Below, in pieces: positions 26,265-35,888 of a DNA stretch of 64,000 nucleotides. Each line of letters starts with the position of its first letter. Position 1 is the first letter of the stretch. The notes beneath the pieces were generated by a model. The model did no database searches. It was given only the letters and a program-made list of their open reading frames with translations, and was not told the origin of the DNA. The stretch is from Pseudobdellovibrio sp. (GTDB lineage Bacteria; Bdellovibrionota; Bdellovibrionia; Bdellovibrionales; Bdellovibrionaceae): the NCBI GenBank assembly GCA_023701385.1, contig JAMPXC010000010.1, forward strand, positions 12,502-76,501, given 5' to 3'. A program made the position numbers and the translations under genes.

Positions 26265-27719
26265 TCTCTCTACGAGCGGTAATTTTAACCGCGTATTTTC
26301 AACAACCAAACCGATATAAGTCGCAATATCTTCAGCCACCGCATAATCATACTTTTCAAATGAACGTTGATAGTTTTCAAAAATAATTTTTCCTAAATCT
26401 TTATCAAAAACAATCACTGGCGTTTCTATTTTTGCTTTAGCCTGCCCTTCACCGCTTTTAGCTATCACTTCTTTTTCACCGGTCACTTGAATTGAACAGT
26501 TATCACAGAAAAACATAATGGCAATTTCAGCAACTTTATGAAGGCGTTCATCCAAAGACACCATTTCACACAGGTGTTTGGCTGATTCAGATAAAAACTG
26601 TAGACGTTTATTTTCAGCCTCAATTTGTGAAGCCATATTGTCAAAAGTGTTAGCTAGTCTTTCAATTTCTCCAAATCCGGCTTTTAAGTTTGTACGCGCC
26701 GTTAAATCACCTTCTTTGATTTTAGTCGCGGCCTTGTCTAGTTTTTTTAATTGCCACAAAAATAAAAATCCTGCGGCCCAGGCAAAAAGAATTTGAACAA
26801 ATGTGGATAAACCTTCGTGCCATAACCTTGTTTTTAGAATGGTATCAAACTTTGATAAAAGCACGAATTTAGGAACACCCACCGCAATGTAAATAGCGCC
26901 CGCTTCAGGGGCCGATGTGAGTTTTGTGGCTGCATACATTTTATCTAGTTCAAATATCTGTTCACCACCAGTTTTAAGTTTGGCTAAAATACTTGGATCT
27001 TGAATGGCGTGTCCCATCTTATCTTCCGATTCTGGATAACGAACTAAAAATTTTCCGTTTTCATCTAAAATAAAAAAACTGGCCTGCATCGGAAGCCCGG
27101 CTTTAACAGTCATTTGTTTTAATATATTTAAATCAATGGCCGCAAATAATACTCCGCGAATATTTTTTTGCGCATCTAACAGCGGATAACCAAAGTTCAC
27201 TGTGGGCTTTCCGGTAATACGGCCTACTTGAAACTCGCCGATTGAAAAACGTTGAGATTCTAAAACTTTGGTAAAATAAAGACGATCACTGAGATTTGTT
27301 TTTGATTTTAATTCAACACCGCTACAAACAGCATCGCCGTTTAAAGCAATCACACCTAAATTCGCATACACCGGATACTGCAGACGAATTTTATCAAGAA
27401 ACTGACTGCATTTCGGTGAAGCCGGGTTATTGAGTTCAGGCACTTCAGCTAACACCATTAAAAGCTGTTCTACTTTTTCTAAAATACGTTCGTAATCATA
27501 AGAAGCTAAATGCAAAAGATTAACGGCCTCTTGGTTGGCAAAATTTACCGCTTCTTTTTTAGTTTCGCGGGCCGTGTACCAAAACTCCCCGAGATTGGGG
27601 ATCACTTCAAAAAACACCACGAGCAGGATACTGACCTTAAAACTTTTTGCGACCAGGCCCTTTGCTTTATCCCATTTAATTGAGCGTAAATTTTGTCTTA
27701 GCCACTGTAGCCATTCCAC
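26259..27719 (-). CDS. Membrane sensor: dCache, TM, HAMP, C-terminal GAF-like domain, no catalytic output domain
   Basis: SDRLYFTKV...GRITGKPTVNFGYP Cache signature; HAMP (EIERLANTFDNMA); ends ...AEDIATYIGLVVENTRL after a short GAF-like segment. Confidence 0.7.
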   Translation of the reverse strand: MEWLQWLRQNLRSIKWDKAKGLVAKSFKVSILLVVFFEVIPNLGEFWYTARETKKEAVNFANQEAVNLLHLASYDYERILEKVEQLLMVLAEVPELNNPASPKCSQFLDKIRLQYPVYANLGVIALNGDAVCSGVELKSKTNLSDRLYFTKVLESQRFSIGEFQVGRITGKPTVNFGYPLLDAQKNIRGVLFAAIDLNILKQMTVKAGLPMQASFFILDENGKFLVRYPESEDKMGHAIQDPSILAKLKTGGEQIFELDKMYAATKLTSAPEAGAIYIAVGVPKFVLLSKFDTILKTRLWHEGLSTFVQILFAWAAGFLFLWQLKKLDKAATKIKEGDLTARTNLKAGFGEIERLANTFDNMASQIEAENKRLQFLSESAKHLCEMVSLDERLHKVAEIAIMFFCDNCSIQVTGEKEVIAKSGEGQAKAKIETPVIVFDKDLGKIIFENYQRSFEKYDYAVAEDIATYIGLVVENTRLKLPLVERL

Positions 27720-27758
27720 AGTGGTTTATTAAGCACGATTTGTGCCGTACGTAATAGA

Positions 27759-28505
27759 TTACTTAATCTTAAGCCAGCCGCTTAACTGCTGGTTGATTTT
27801 ATCAATAACTAACGACTGTTTAAAATCAGCATCGGCGGTAAAATCACAATATAAATTATAATCGCGGTTTTCGATCACTGAATAACGTTGAACCGCTTTA
27901 TTCGGGAAATCTATTTTTTCAATTTTTGTTGTGAACTTTTTCTTTGGTTTAATTGATAACTTTTGCAGTTTAATATTTTCAATCACGCAGTACGAACCAC
28001 CTGCTTCTAACTGGGTACTCGTTTCATAACCGCGTTTACCATTTCGAAAGCTCATATACTTTTGATTTTTATCAAATTTAATCGCATAAGCGATACGGCC
28101 TTGCGCAGAAGCTAAATCTTTCGGATTAAAAATCGGTAACATGTAAACCACATCATTACCCGTTACATTTTCGCGCGCCATGCTCAAAGATAACTTTTTA
28201 CCTTTTTTAATATTTAAGCCGCGTGGGTAACATTCAAAGTAAGTTTTTTGGGCCACACAAAGAATTTCAACTTTTGTTCCGCCATTAGATTCAAAAAAGC
28301 CCGTCACGTATGAATAACGTACCGATGGTTTTTTAGTTTCTTTATCTAAAAGGTAAACATCAAACGACCCGTCTTTATTAGTTAAAACTTCGGAATAAAA
28401 TTCGCCGACTGATTTTAACTGACCACCGTTGGGGCCAAGATCATTTTCTTGCGCAAAAGCCGCAAGCGGAGACAAAAACATCAAGATGCCAATAATCAAT
28501 TTCAT
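27759..28505 (-). CDS. Secreted hypothetical protein
   Basis: Signal peptide. The N-terminal GPNGG...EVL...DVYLLD segment resembles a small beta domain seen in metal-efflux accessory proteins, but lacks His ligands. Confidence 0.6.
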   Translation of the reverse strand: MKLIIGILMFLSPLAAFAQENDLGPNGGQLKSVGEFYSEVLTNKDGSFDVYLLDKETKKPSVRYSYVTGFFESNGGTKVEILCVAQKTYFECYPRGLNIKKGKKLSLSMARENVTGNDVVYMLPIFNPKDLASAQGRIAYAIKFDKNQKYMSFRNGKRGYETSTQLEAGGSYCVIENIKLQKLSIKPKKKFTTKIEKIDFPNKAVQRYSVIENRDYNLYCDFTADADFKQSLVIDKINQQLSGWLKIK

Positions 28506-28540
28506 ATTGATATTTCAAAGAAAAATCAGGATTGAGTCAA

Positions 28541-29014
28541 CTAGCTTAATTCGTCAACAATGGCTTCCATCGTTGATTCGATCTTTTTCATCGATGCTGG
28601 AGCCACAAAAATCGTGTCATCGCCAGCAATAGTTCCTAAAATGCCGTCTGGTTTAGTTAAATCTAAGTGATGGGCCACTAAACTTGCCGATCCTGGCGGA
28701 GTTTTAATGACGATCATAGAACCATTGTTTTCGATACTTAACAAAAGACCTTTAATACCCGTCGTTAATGCCGGAACCGGAGCCGCAATCATTAACTCTT
28801 CAGGTAAACGGTAAACCACATCGCCTGATGACGAGATCGTCTTCGCCGCGCCGATTCGGCGTAAATCGCGCGAAACGGTGCTTTGAGTAACGCTAAAGTT
28901 TTTCTTTTGCAGAGCCTCGCAAAGCTCCTCTTGGGTGCTTACAGTGCCTTCTTCTAAAAGTTTGCGAAGGATTTGTAATCTTGCGCGGGCGTCAGCTTGT
29001 GATGTGGCTGCCAT
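28541..29014 (-). CDS. argR: Arginine repressor
   Basis: TQEEL...VTQSTVSRDL HTH and GTIAGDDTIF arginine-binding motif; GAGGA SD lies inside the argF tail. Confidence 0.96.
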   Translation of the reverse strand: MAATSQADARARLQILRKLLEEGTVSTQEELCEALQKKNFSVTQSTVSRDLRRIGAAKTISSSGDVVYRLPEELMIAAPVPALTTGIKGLLLSIENNGSMIVIKTPPGSASLVAHHLDLTKPDGILGTIAGDDTIFVAPASMKKIESTMEAIVDELS

Positions 29015-29940
29015 GTTTTCATTTCCTCAGATGTGTAAAGACCAGTCAACAAAGCTTTTTGCGCATGCATGCGATTTTCGCTTTGTTGGAATAAAACCGA
29101 GCACGGATGCTCAATCATTTCGCGAGTTATCTCCTGATTTTCATGAATTGGCATGCAGTGCATGATAACTGCTGAAGACTCAGCCAACGCATAAAGTTCA
29201 GTATTTACTTGGTAGCCGGCAAAAGCCTGTAATCTTTCAGCCGACTCTTCTTCTTGTCCCATCGAAGTCCATACATCCGTGTAAATCGCGTTAACTCCTG
29301 CGACCGCTTCTTGCGGAGTTTTAAATTCCTTAATCTTAGCGCCCCCTAAATGCGCACGTTCATGCGCACGCGCTAAGATTTCTGGATTTGGTTTGTAACC
29401 TTCTGGACAAGCAAAGTGAACATCAACACCCACATAAGGTGCTAAGAGCAATAAGCTATGTAAAACGTTGTTACCGTCACCAACATAACAAAGTTTTAAA
29501 CCTTTGAGCTTACCGAATTTTTCTAAAAGCGTTTGTAAATCAGCTAACGCCTGACACGGGTGATGAAGATCTGAAAGACCATTGATCACCGGAATTTTAG
29601 CATGTTTGACCATTTCTTCTAAAATTTCGTGCTCGAAAGTTCTAATCATTAAACCATCAACATAACCCTGCATAACACGAATTGTGTCTGCCGGAGTTTC
29701 TTTTTTACGTTGTGTCGAATTGATTTCAAAAACGTTACCTGAAAGCTGCTCGATACCTACAGAAAAACTCATACGTGTACGTAATGACGATTTTTCAAAA
29801 AGCAAGGCAATCGTTTTATCTTTTAAAAAAGCTTGGCGTTTATTTTTTTTAAGTTCGATCGCGAAAAATAAAAGCTGAACAAGTTCATCTTGTGATAATT
29901 CTTCGCCCGTTAAAAAATGGGGTGTTGTTAAGTTAAACAT
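28954..29940 (-). CDS. argF: Ornithine carbamoyltransferase
   Basis: SSLRTRMSF, HPCQALAD, DVWTSMG loop, HCMP. Start re-assigned to ATG 29940 (GAGGTG SD; overlaps the argB stop). Confidence 0.95.
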   Translation of the reverse strand: MFNLTTPHFLTGEELSQDELVQLLFFAIELKKNKRQAFLKDKTIALLFEKSSLRTRMSFSVGIEQLSGNVFEINSTQRKKETPADTIRVMQGYVDGLMIRTFEHEILEEMVKHAKIPVINGLSDLHHPCQALADLQTLLEKFGKLKGLKLCYVGDGNNVLHSLLLLAPYVGVDVHFACPEGYKPNPEILARAHERAHLGGAKIKEFKTPQEAVAGVNAIYTDVWTSMGQEEESAERLQAFAGYQVNTELYALAESSAVIMHCMPIHENQEITREMIEHPCSVLFQQSENRMHAQKALLTGLYTSEEMKTWQPHHKLTPAQDYKSFANF

Positions 29941-30730
29941 ATTGCACCTCGTTTTGACCTTTGCACATTGTGCCGACGTAATCACTCCAAAGACCGTCAT
30001 AGGCTTGTGTTCCGCGTAAAATTCTTACTTGAGAAACACCGTGCACTAAAGCATCAACCACTGTTAATACTTTCGTGTACATACCACCGCTGACTGTTCC
30101 GTCATTGATAAGTTGTTGCAATTGCACATAGTCCGTATGTTCAATTAACTTTTTGTCTTGATCTAAAATTCCATTTTGATCGGTTAAGAAAATTAATTTT
30201 TTCGCTTTTAATGCTGAAGCAATTTTAGCCGCCGCCCAGTCAGCATTAATATTAAAAACTTGAGCGTCTTCACCAATACCAATTGGTGCAATCACCGGAA
30301 CTACATTTTTTTCTGGAGCAATAAGGGCCTGAACAAATTCAGCATTTACTGATTCAACTAAGCCCACTTGGCCTAGTTCAGCGCTGGCTTTTTTGCACTG
30401 AAGTAAATTGTTCTTAGCACCTGATAAGCCGATAGCCGGAACGCCGCCTTCGTTTAAGGCTGCCACCAGCTCAGCATTAATCTGACCAAATAAAACATTT
30501 TCGATCACATTGATCATTTCAACGCTTGTCACACGCTGGCCGTTAATAAAACTCCAAGAAATATTTCTTTTGGTTAATTCAGCGTTAATCGCAGGTCCAC
30601 CGCCGTGAACTAAAACCACGTCGTAGTCGTATCTGCGATAATCACGCACCGTCTTAACCACTTGATCACGAGTTGCCGGATCAAGTAATGAAGCGCCACC
30701 TAATTTGATAACTACTAAATCTTGTCTCAT
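29933..30730 (-). CDS. argB: Acetylglutamate kinase
   Basis: VIKLGG, VHGGGPAIN, NINADWAA and GGMYTKV motifs; ATG 30730 preferred. Confidence 0.94.
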   Translation of the reverse strand: MRQDLVVIKLGGASLLDPATRDQVVKTVRDYRRYDYDVVLVHGGGPAINAELTKRNISWSFINGQRVTSVEMINVIENVLFGQINAELVAALNEGGVPAIGLSGAKNNLLQCKKASAELGQVGLVESVNAEFVQALIAPEKNVVPVIAPIGIGEDAQVFNINADWAAAKIASALKAKKLIFLTDQNGILDQDKKLIEHTDYVQLQQLINDGTVSGGMYTKVLTVVDALVHGVSQVRILRGTQAYDGLWSDYVGTMCKGQNEVQYV

Positions 30731-30749
30731 CTTCTCTAACCTAAACCCT

Positions 30750-31946
30750 TTATGAATAATCAGTGTTAATATCAACGTACTTCTTCGACAGATCACAGCC
30801 CCATGCGGTAGCTGTATGTGGACCGGATTTTAAATCGATCTCAATTTTTACATTGGCCGATTTTAAGAGGGTCCTGACCTCGTCTTTGTTAAACGTTGCG
30901 GGTTCACCGTTAGTGAATAATTTAATACCTTGTAAAGTCAGATCCATTTGCGCGAGTGCCGCTGCCGGAACTTTTTCTGCTCCAAGACGCGCTAAGATTC
31001 TGCCCCAATTTGGATCTTCACCATGAATGGCTGTTTTAATTAATGGCGATAGTGTTACTCCACGCGCAGCTGTTTTAGCTAATTGCTCTTCCGGAGAACC
31101 TTTGATGGCCACTTCGATAAGTTTAGTCGCGCCTTCACCGTCAGCAGCAATTGATTTAGCTAAGTAAACCATAACTTCTGTGACGGCAGTCTTGAAAGCG
31201 TTGTAATCTTGATCGTTTTTAAGTTCAACCCCTGATTCGCCGTTAGCCATTAAAAAGCAGCAGTCATTTGTTGATGAATCACCGTCAACGCTGATCATAT
31301 TAAAGCTAACATCAGTCGCGGCTTTTAAAACTGTGTGCGCCACATCTTTAGAGATTTTCACATCTGTTAAAATGTAGCCCAGCATTGTCGCCATATTCGG
31401 GTGAATCATACCTGAACCTTTGCAGATTCCTGTGATACGGATTTCACCCTGGCTAAGTTTCACGGCTGTCGTTACAGTTTTTGGAACTAAGTCAGTTGTA
31501 AGAATCGCTAAAGCAAAACTTTCCGCGTGTTCTTGCGCGCGCTCAACCAAATCCGGTAACGCCGGAATAATTTTATCAGTATGCATTTGCACACCGATCA
31601 CACCCGTAGAGGCAATCAACACTTGCTCTGGAGTACATTTTAAAGCTTCAGCTGTGGCATTGATCACTTCTTGGTTGCGTTTAAAACCTTCTGCACCTGT
31701 GGCCGCATTAGCTTGACCTGAATTTGTAAAAATCGCGCGCACGTTATCAGCCGGCAAAACTTTTGCGCAATGTTGCACAGGAGCCGCTTTACATTCATTT
31801 AATGTAAATACACCTGCGGCTACGGCATCAACTTCAGAAATAATCACGCCGATATCTGGACGGTACTTACGTACGCCACAGTTGGCTCCACTGGCTAAAA
31901 ATCCTTTGGGAAGTGGTGTTCTGTGTAAACCTGGTCCTGGTGTCAT
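30750..31946 (-). CDS. argJ: Ornithine acetyltransferase / N-acetylglutamate synthase
   Basis: NSGQANAATG, KGSGMIHPNMATML, DGDSSTND autocleavage motif, DGEGATK. Confidence 0.96.
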   Translation of the reverse strand: MTPGPGLHRTPLPKGFLASGANCGVRKYRPDIGVIISEVDAVAAGVFTLNECKAAPVQHCAKVLPADNVRAIFTNSGQANAATGAEGFKRNQEVINATAEALKCTPEQVLIASTGVIGVQMHTDKIIPALPDLVERAQEHAESFALAILTTDLVPKTVTTAVKLSQGEIRITGICKGSGMIHPNMATMLGYILTDVKISKDVAHTVLKAATDVSFNMISVDGDSSTNDCCFLMANGESGVELKNDQDYNAFKTAVTEVMVYLAKSIAADGEGATKLIEVAIKGSPEEQLAKTAARGVTLSPLIKTAIHGEDPNWGRILARLGAEKVPAAALAQMDLTLQGIKLFTNGEPATFNKDEVRTLLKSANVKIEIDLKSGPHTATAWGCDLSKKYVDINTDYS

Positions 31947-32986
31947 ATGAAAGCCTCCATATCTTCAAGTCCTGTCTCATGAGGCAGATCATACAGGCGG
32001 TTGAAATTTTCAATCGCTTGGCTGGCTGCCCCTTTCATCAGGTTATCAATTGTTGAAAATAGAAAAAGCTGGTCGCCTTTAAGATGATAACTAAGGTGTG
32101 TATGCGCGGTTCCCACGACTTTTTTTAGTGATAATAATTGCGGTTGTTTATCGCTCTCAGCGAAAAACACAAGCGGATTACCTGCGTATGCCAGCGCATA
32201 AGCTTCAGTGATCTGCTCGGTAGTTACGCCTGGTTTTACCTTCATGTACATGCTTGATAAAATTCCACGACGGGTTGGTAATAAGTGAGTTGTAAAAAAC
32301 GGATTAATATTCACGCCAGTGAATTGTTCAACCGCTTCAATAATTTCTGGTAAATGCTGATGCTTTCCGATTTTGTACGGAAGACATTCGCCTTCAACTT
32401 CAGTGAATAATAAATTTTCGACAGCTTTTTTTCCGCCGCCAGTTGTTCCCGATTTTGCATCGATCACAATAGTTTCAGTTTGGATTAAATCCTTTTTGAT
32501 TAATGGGATTAACGCCATTAATACACTCGATGCATAACAACCTGGGTTTGCAACTAAAGGATTAGAGCTAAAATTTGCAAAAGGCACCAATCCGTAGGTA
32601 GCCGATTGCAAAAGATCATTTTGTTCATGCGTAAAGCCATACCATTTCGGGTAATCGCTTTTTTTCAAACGAAAGGCACCTGATAGATCGATAACTTTTT
32701 TACCTTGCTTTAAAATTTCTGGCGCAAGTTTTAATGAAGCTTCAGCCGGCGTTGCTAAAAACACAACGTCCGTTAAATTGTTCATTAATTCTTTTTCAGG
32801 AAAACATTTAACATCTGTAATTTTTTTATTTTGAATAAATTGATTTAACGAAAAATCATTCGTTGCAAACGCATGCGCTAACTTCGCAAACGGATGACGA
32901 AGCAACTGTTTTACAGTTTCTAAACCCGTGTAACCACGCGCACCTACTACGGAAACCGTAATAGAAGTGTTCGAAATATCTGTCAT
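31943..32986 (-). CDS. argC: N-acetyl-gamma-glutamyl-phosphate reductase
   Basis: VVGARGYTG, NPGCY, SGTTGGG and DNLMKGAASQA motifs. Start re-assigned to ATG 32986 because the ORF-track extension runs through the ARG boxes. Confidence 0.95.
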   Translation of the reverse strand: MTDISNTSITVSVVGARGYTGLETVKQLLRHPFAKLAHAFATNDFSLNQFIQNKKITDVKCFPEKELMNNLTDVVFLATPAEASLKLAPEILKQGKKVIDLSGAFRLKKSDYPKWYGFTHEQNDLLQSATYGLVPFANFSSNPLVANPGCYASSVLMALIPLIKKDLIQTETIVIDAKSGTTGGGKKAVENLLFTEVEGECLPYKIGKHQHLPEIIEAVEQFTGVNINPFFTTHLLPTRRGILSSMYMKVKPGVTTEQITEAYALAYAGNPLVFFAESDKQPQLLSLKKVVGTAHTHLSYHLKGDQLFLFSTIDNLMKGAASQAIENFNRLYDLPHETGLEDMEAFI

Positions 32987-33002
32987 CGGCTCTGCTGCCG
33001 TG

Positions 33003-33041
33003 CGTGAATAATTATGCACCATATATGCATAATTATGTCGT
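33003..33041. promoter_or_regulatory. Tandem ARG boxes (ArgR operator), argC side
   Basis: cgTGAATAATTATGCAcc, 3 bp spacer, taTGCATAATTATGTCgt: two 18-bp boxes separated by 3 bp, the canonical geometry. A minus-strand TTGACA at 33058-33053 lies just beside them. Confidence 0.85.
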
Positions 33042-33082
33042 ATAAGCTTATATGTCAACCATTAAATTTTATATTTCTATTG

Positions 33083-33121
33083 ACTGCATAATTATTCGCA
33101 TATAAATAAGGTTTATGCATG
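33083..33121. promoter_or_regulatory. Second ARG box pair, argG side, overlapping a TTGACT -35
   Basis: acTGCATAATTATTCGca, 3 bp, then a degenerate box with an intact TTATGCA half; further TGCAT half-sites run to ~33170. Confidence 0.7.
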
Positions 33122-33186
33122 CATATTTCACGCATAAGAATACCGCTTATGCATTCACATTTGCATAAATGCTTAAGGAGAAAAGA

Positions 33187-34398
33187 ATGAGCGATAAAAA
33201 AGTTCTACTGGTCTATTCAGGTGGTCTAGATACATCGATTTGTATTCCGCTTATGCGTCAAGAGTACGGTTACGAAGAAGTCATCACTGTTACTATTGAT
33301 GTGGGACAAGATCCTGCTGACATCGCACAAGCACAAGAGAAAGCAAAAATTCTTGGCACAACTCACTACACTGTTGATGCTAAAGAAGAATTTATTAAAG
33401 ACTATTGCTTCAAAGCTTTACAAGCTAACGGCGATTACCAAGGTTACCCCATGTCGACTTCGATCGCCCGCCCACTGATCGCAGCAAAAGCTGCCGAAGT
33501 GGCGAACAAACTTGGCGTAAAACACTTCGCGCATGGTTGTACTGGCAAAGGTAACGATCAATTCCGTATTGAGTTTGGTCTTCGTTCATTAGTTGAAGGT
33601 GCCGTTATTCACGCTCCGATCCGCGAACGCAACATGACTCGTTCATGGGAAATCGAATATGCAAAGAAAAATAATGTTCCTATTCAACAGTCTTTAGAAA
33701 AAATCTGGAGTATTGATGAAAACCTTTGGGGCCGTTCAATCGAAGGTGGTCGCTTAGAAGAACCAGATTTCGCGCCACCTGAAGAAATTTTCCAATGGAC
33801 TAAATCTTTAGAAAACGCCAAAGATAAAGCTGAAGAAATCGTTCTTACATTTGAAAATGGCGTTCCAACGCATATCAATGGCACAGCTTACACGCCAGGC
33901 AACATGGTTATCGCATTAAATAAAATTGCGGGCGATCATGGTATCGGTCGTATTGATATTATGGAAGATCGTATGATGGGATTAAAAGTTCGTGAAAACT
34001 ACGAATGCCCAGCTTCGACTTTACTATTAAAGGCGCATAAAGCTTTAGAAAACTTAGTTTTAACTCGTGATGAAATTCGTTTTAAATCAACGATTGATCT
34101 TGAGTGGAGCAAATTAGCTTACGAAGGTCTTTGGTGGGATCCGTTCAAAACTGATCTTGAAGCCTTTATAGCCGCTACGCAAACTCGTGTTGCCGGTACT
34201 GTAAAATTAAAACTTTACAAAGGTAATGTGGTTGTTCAAGGCCGTACTTCTCCATGGGCTTTATACTCTGAAGATTTAGCAAGCTTTGATACAACAACTT
34301 TCGTTCAATCTGAAAGCACAGGCGCGGTTAAAAACTTCGGTTTACAACCAAGAATGTTCTTTAGCTTAAAAGACAAATTAACTTTAAACCAACACTAG
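33187..34398 (+). CDS. argG: Argininosuccinate synthase
   Basis: YSGGLDTS, HGCTGKGNDQ and SIDENLWGRSIEG motifs; AAGGAG SD before ATG 33187. Confidence 0.97.
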   Translation: MSDKKVLLVYSGGLDTSICIPLMRQEYGYEEVITVTIDVGQDPADIAQAQEKAKILGTTHYTVDAKEEFIKDYCFKALQANGDYQGYPMSTSIARPLIAAKAAEVANKLGVKHFAHGCTGKGNDQFRIEFGLRSLVEGAVIHAPIRERNMTRSWEIEYAKKNNVPIQQSLEKIWSIDENLWGRSIEGGRLEEPDFAPPEEIFQWTKSLENAKDKAEEIVLTFENGVPTHINGTAYTPGNMVIALNKIAGDHGIGRIDIMEDRMMGLKVRENYECPASTLLLKAHKALENLVLTRDEIRFKSTIDLEWSKLAYEGLWWDPFKTDLEAFIAATQTRVAGTVKLKLYKGNVVVQGRTSPWALYSEDLASFDTTTFVQSESTGAVKNFGLQPRMFFSLKDKLTLNQH

Positions 34399-34409
34399 AG
34401 GATTCTTAG

Positions 34410-35777
34410 ATGAAACTTTGGGGCGGATTATTTCTAGAACAAACTCACTTTGAAGTTGAAGACTTTTCGTCTTCACTTGAAGTTGATGCACGACTTTGGG
34501 AAGTAGATATTTTTGGCTCGATAGCGCATGCTAAAATGCTGGGGAATGTGGGAATTATTCCTTCAGCAGAAGCTGGCGCTATTGTAGTCGCTTTACAACA
34601 AATGCATGAAGAGTTTAAGCTTGGTAAAATTCAAATTGATCCGACCTCAGAAGATATTCATTCGGATATCGAGAAAAAACTTTATGTTAAAGTGGGTGTA
34701 CTGGCTGGTAAATTACATACAGCCAGAAGCCGTAATGACCAAGTGGCCACCGATACCCGTCTTTACTTAGCTGGCGAAATTAATCATTTAGTGACGCACT
34801 TAAAAGCGTTACAAAATTATTTTATTAAAACAGCTGAAAAACATATTGAAACACTTCTTCCGGGCCTTACGCATATGCAACATGCGCAGCCCGTAAGTCT
34901 TGCGCATCATTTGATGGCGTACTTCTGGATGTTTCAACGTGATATCGAACGTTTACTTGAGACGCAAAAAAGAGTTTTACATTTACCTTTAGGTTCTGCG
35001 GCATTAGCGGGAACAGGTTTTCCGTTAAACCGCGAGCAAGTGGCTAAAGATTTAAATTTTAATTCTGTCTCTGAAAATTCGTTAGATGCGGTTTCTGACC
35101 GTGACTATATCATTGAATTTTTATCTGATTCAGCAACGATCATGATGCACCTATCACGTTTAAGTGAAGAGTTAGTTTTATGGTCAATGCCAGAATTTAA
35201 ATTCGTAGAATTATCTGACAAAGTCACAACTGGCTCGAGCATCATGCCACAGAAGAAAAATCCTGACGTGGCCGAACTTATTCGCGGAAAAGTTGGCCGT
35301 GTAAATGGCGCTTTAATCGGAATTCTGACAACTCTTAAAGCTCTGCCACTGGCGTATAACCGTGATTTACAAGAAGATAAGTTTCACTTATTCACAGGTC
35401 TTGATACGGTAAAAAGTTGCGCGCGTTTAATGCTTGTGATGCTTGAAGAAGCTACGTGGAATACAGCCAATATGAAAAAATCATTAGCCGGAGATTTTTC
35501 AAACGCCACTGATCTAGCTGATGATTTAGTAAAAAAAGGTTTACCATTTCGTGAAGCGCACGAAGTGATTGGCCGTACTGTTCAGTACTGCATTAAAAAT
35601 AAAATAGCTCTTGAACAGATTTCTTTAAATGAACTTAAAGCCTTGCACCCGCTATTTGATGAAGCCAGTCTTGCAATACTTCCTCACTTAGCGGTCATGC
35701 AGGCCCGTCATAGCCAAGGTGGCACATCACCTAAAGCTGTAGCTGTTCAACTTGAGCAAGCCAAAGCCCTGCTTTAA
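34410..35777 (+). CDS. argH: Argininosuccinate lyase
   Basis: KLWGG, LHTARSRNDQ, GSSIMPQKKNPD and PFREAH motifs. Confidence 0.97.
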   Translation: MKLWGGLFLEQTHFEVEDFSSSLEVDARLWEVDIFGSIAHAKMLGNVGIIPSAEAGAIVVALQQMHEEFKLGKIQIDPTSEDIHSDIEKKLYVKVGVLAGKLHTARSRNDQVATDTRLYLAGEINHLVTHLKALQNYFIKTAEKHIETLLPGLTHMQHAQPVSLAHHLMAYFWMFQRDIERLLETQKRVLHLPLGSAALAGTGFPLNREQVAKDLNFNSVSENSLDAVSDRDYIIEFLSDSATIMMHLSRLSEELVLWSMPEFKFVELSDKVTTGSSIMPQKKNPDVAELIRGKVGRVNGALIGILTTLKALPLAYNRDLQEDKFHLFTGLDTVKSCARLMLVMLEEATWNTANMKKSLAGDFSNATDLADDLVKKGLPFREAHEVIGRTVQYCIKNKIALEQISLNELKALHPLFDEASLAILPHLAVMQARHSQGGTSPKAVAVQLEQAKALL

Positions 35778-35836
35778 CAAGCCAAGGGCCGGAGCCCGTT
35801 AGATTCAATGACTAAATAGCGCAAATTCTTCGCTTT

Positions 35837-35888
35837 TGTTTTCGGTTTACACTTTTTATAGATCTTATTTTTTTGTAAACCGAAAACA
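35837..35888. repeat. Perfect 15-bp inverted repeat with a 22-nt AT-rich spacer
   Basis: TGTTTTCGGTTTACA (35837-35851) and TGTAAACCGAAAACA (35874-35888). Confidence 0.9.

Noticed and set aside
32987-33186. ORF-track N-terminal extensions of argC and argG (and similar ones for argB, argF, pyrC, uup, fibre genes 1 and 4)
   Set aside because: They run through operators, promoters or neighbouring genes; better downstream starts with an SD or promoter geometry exist.
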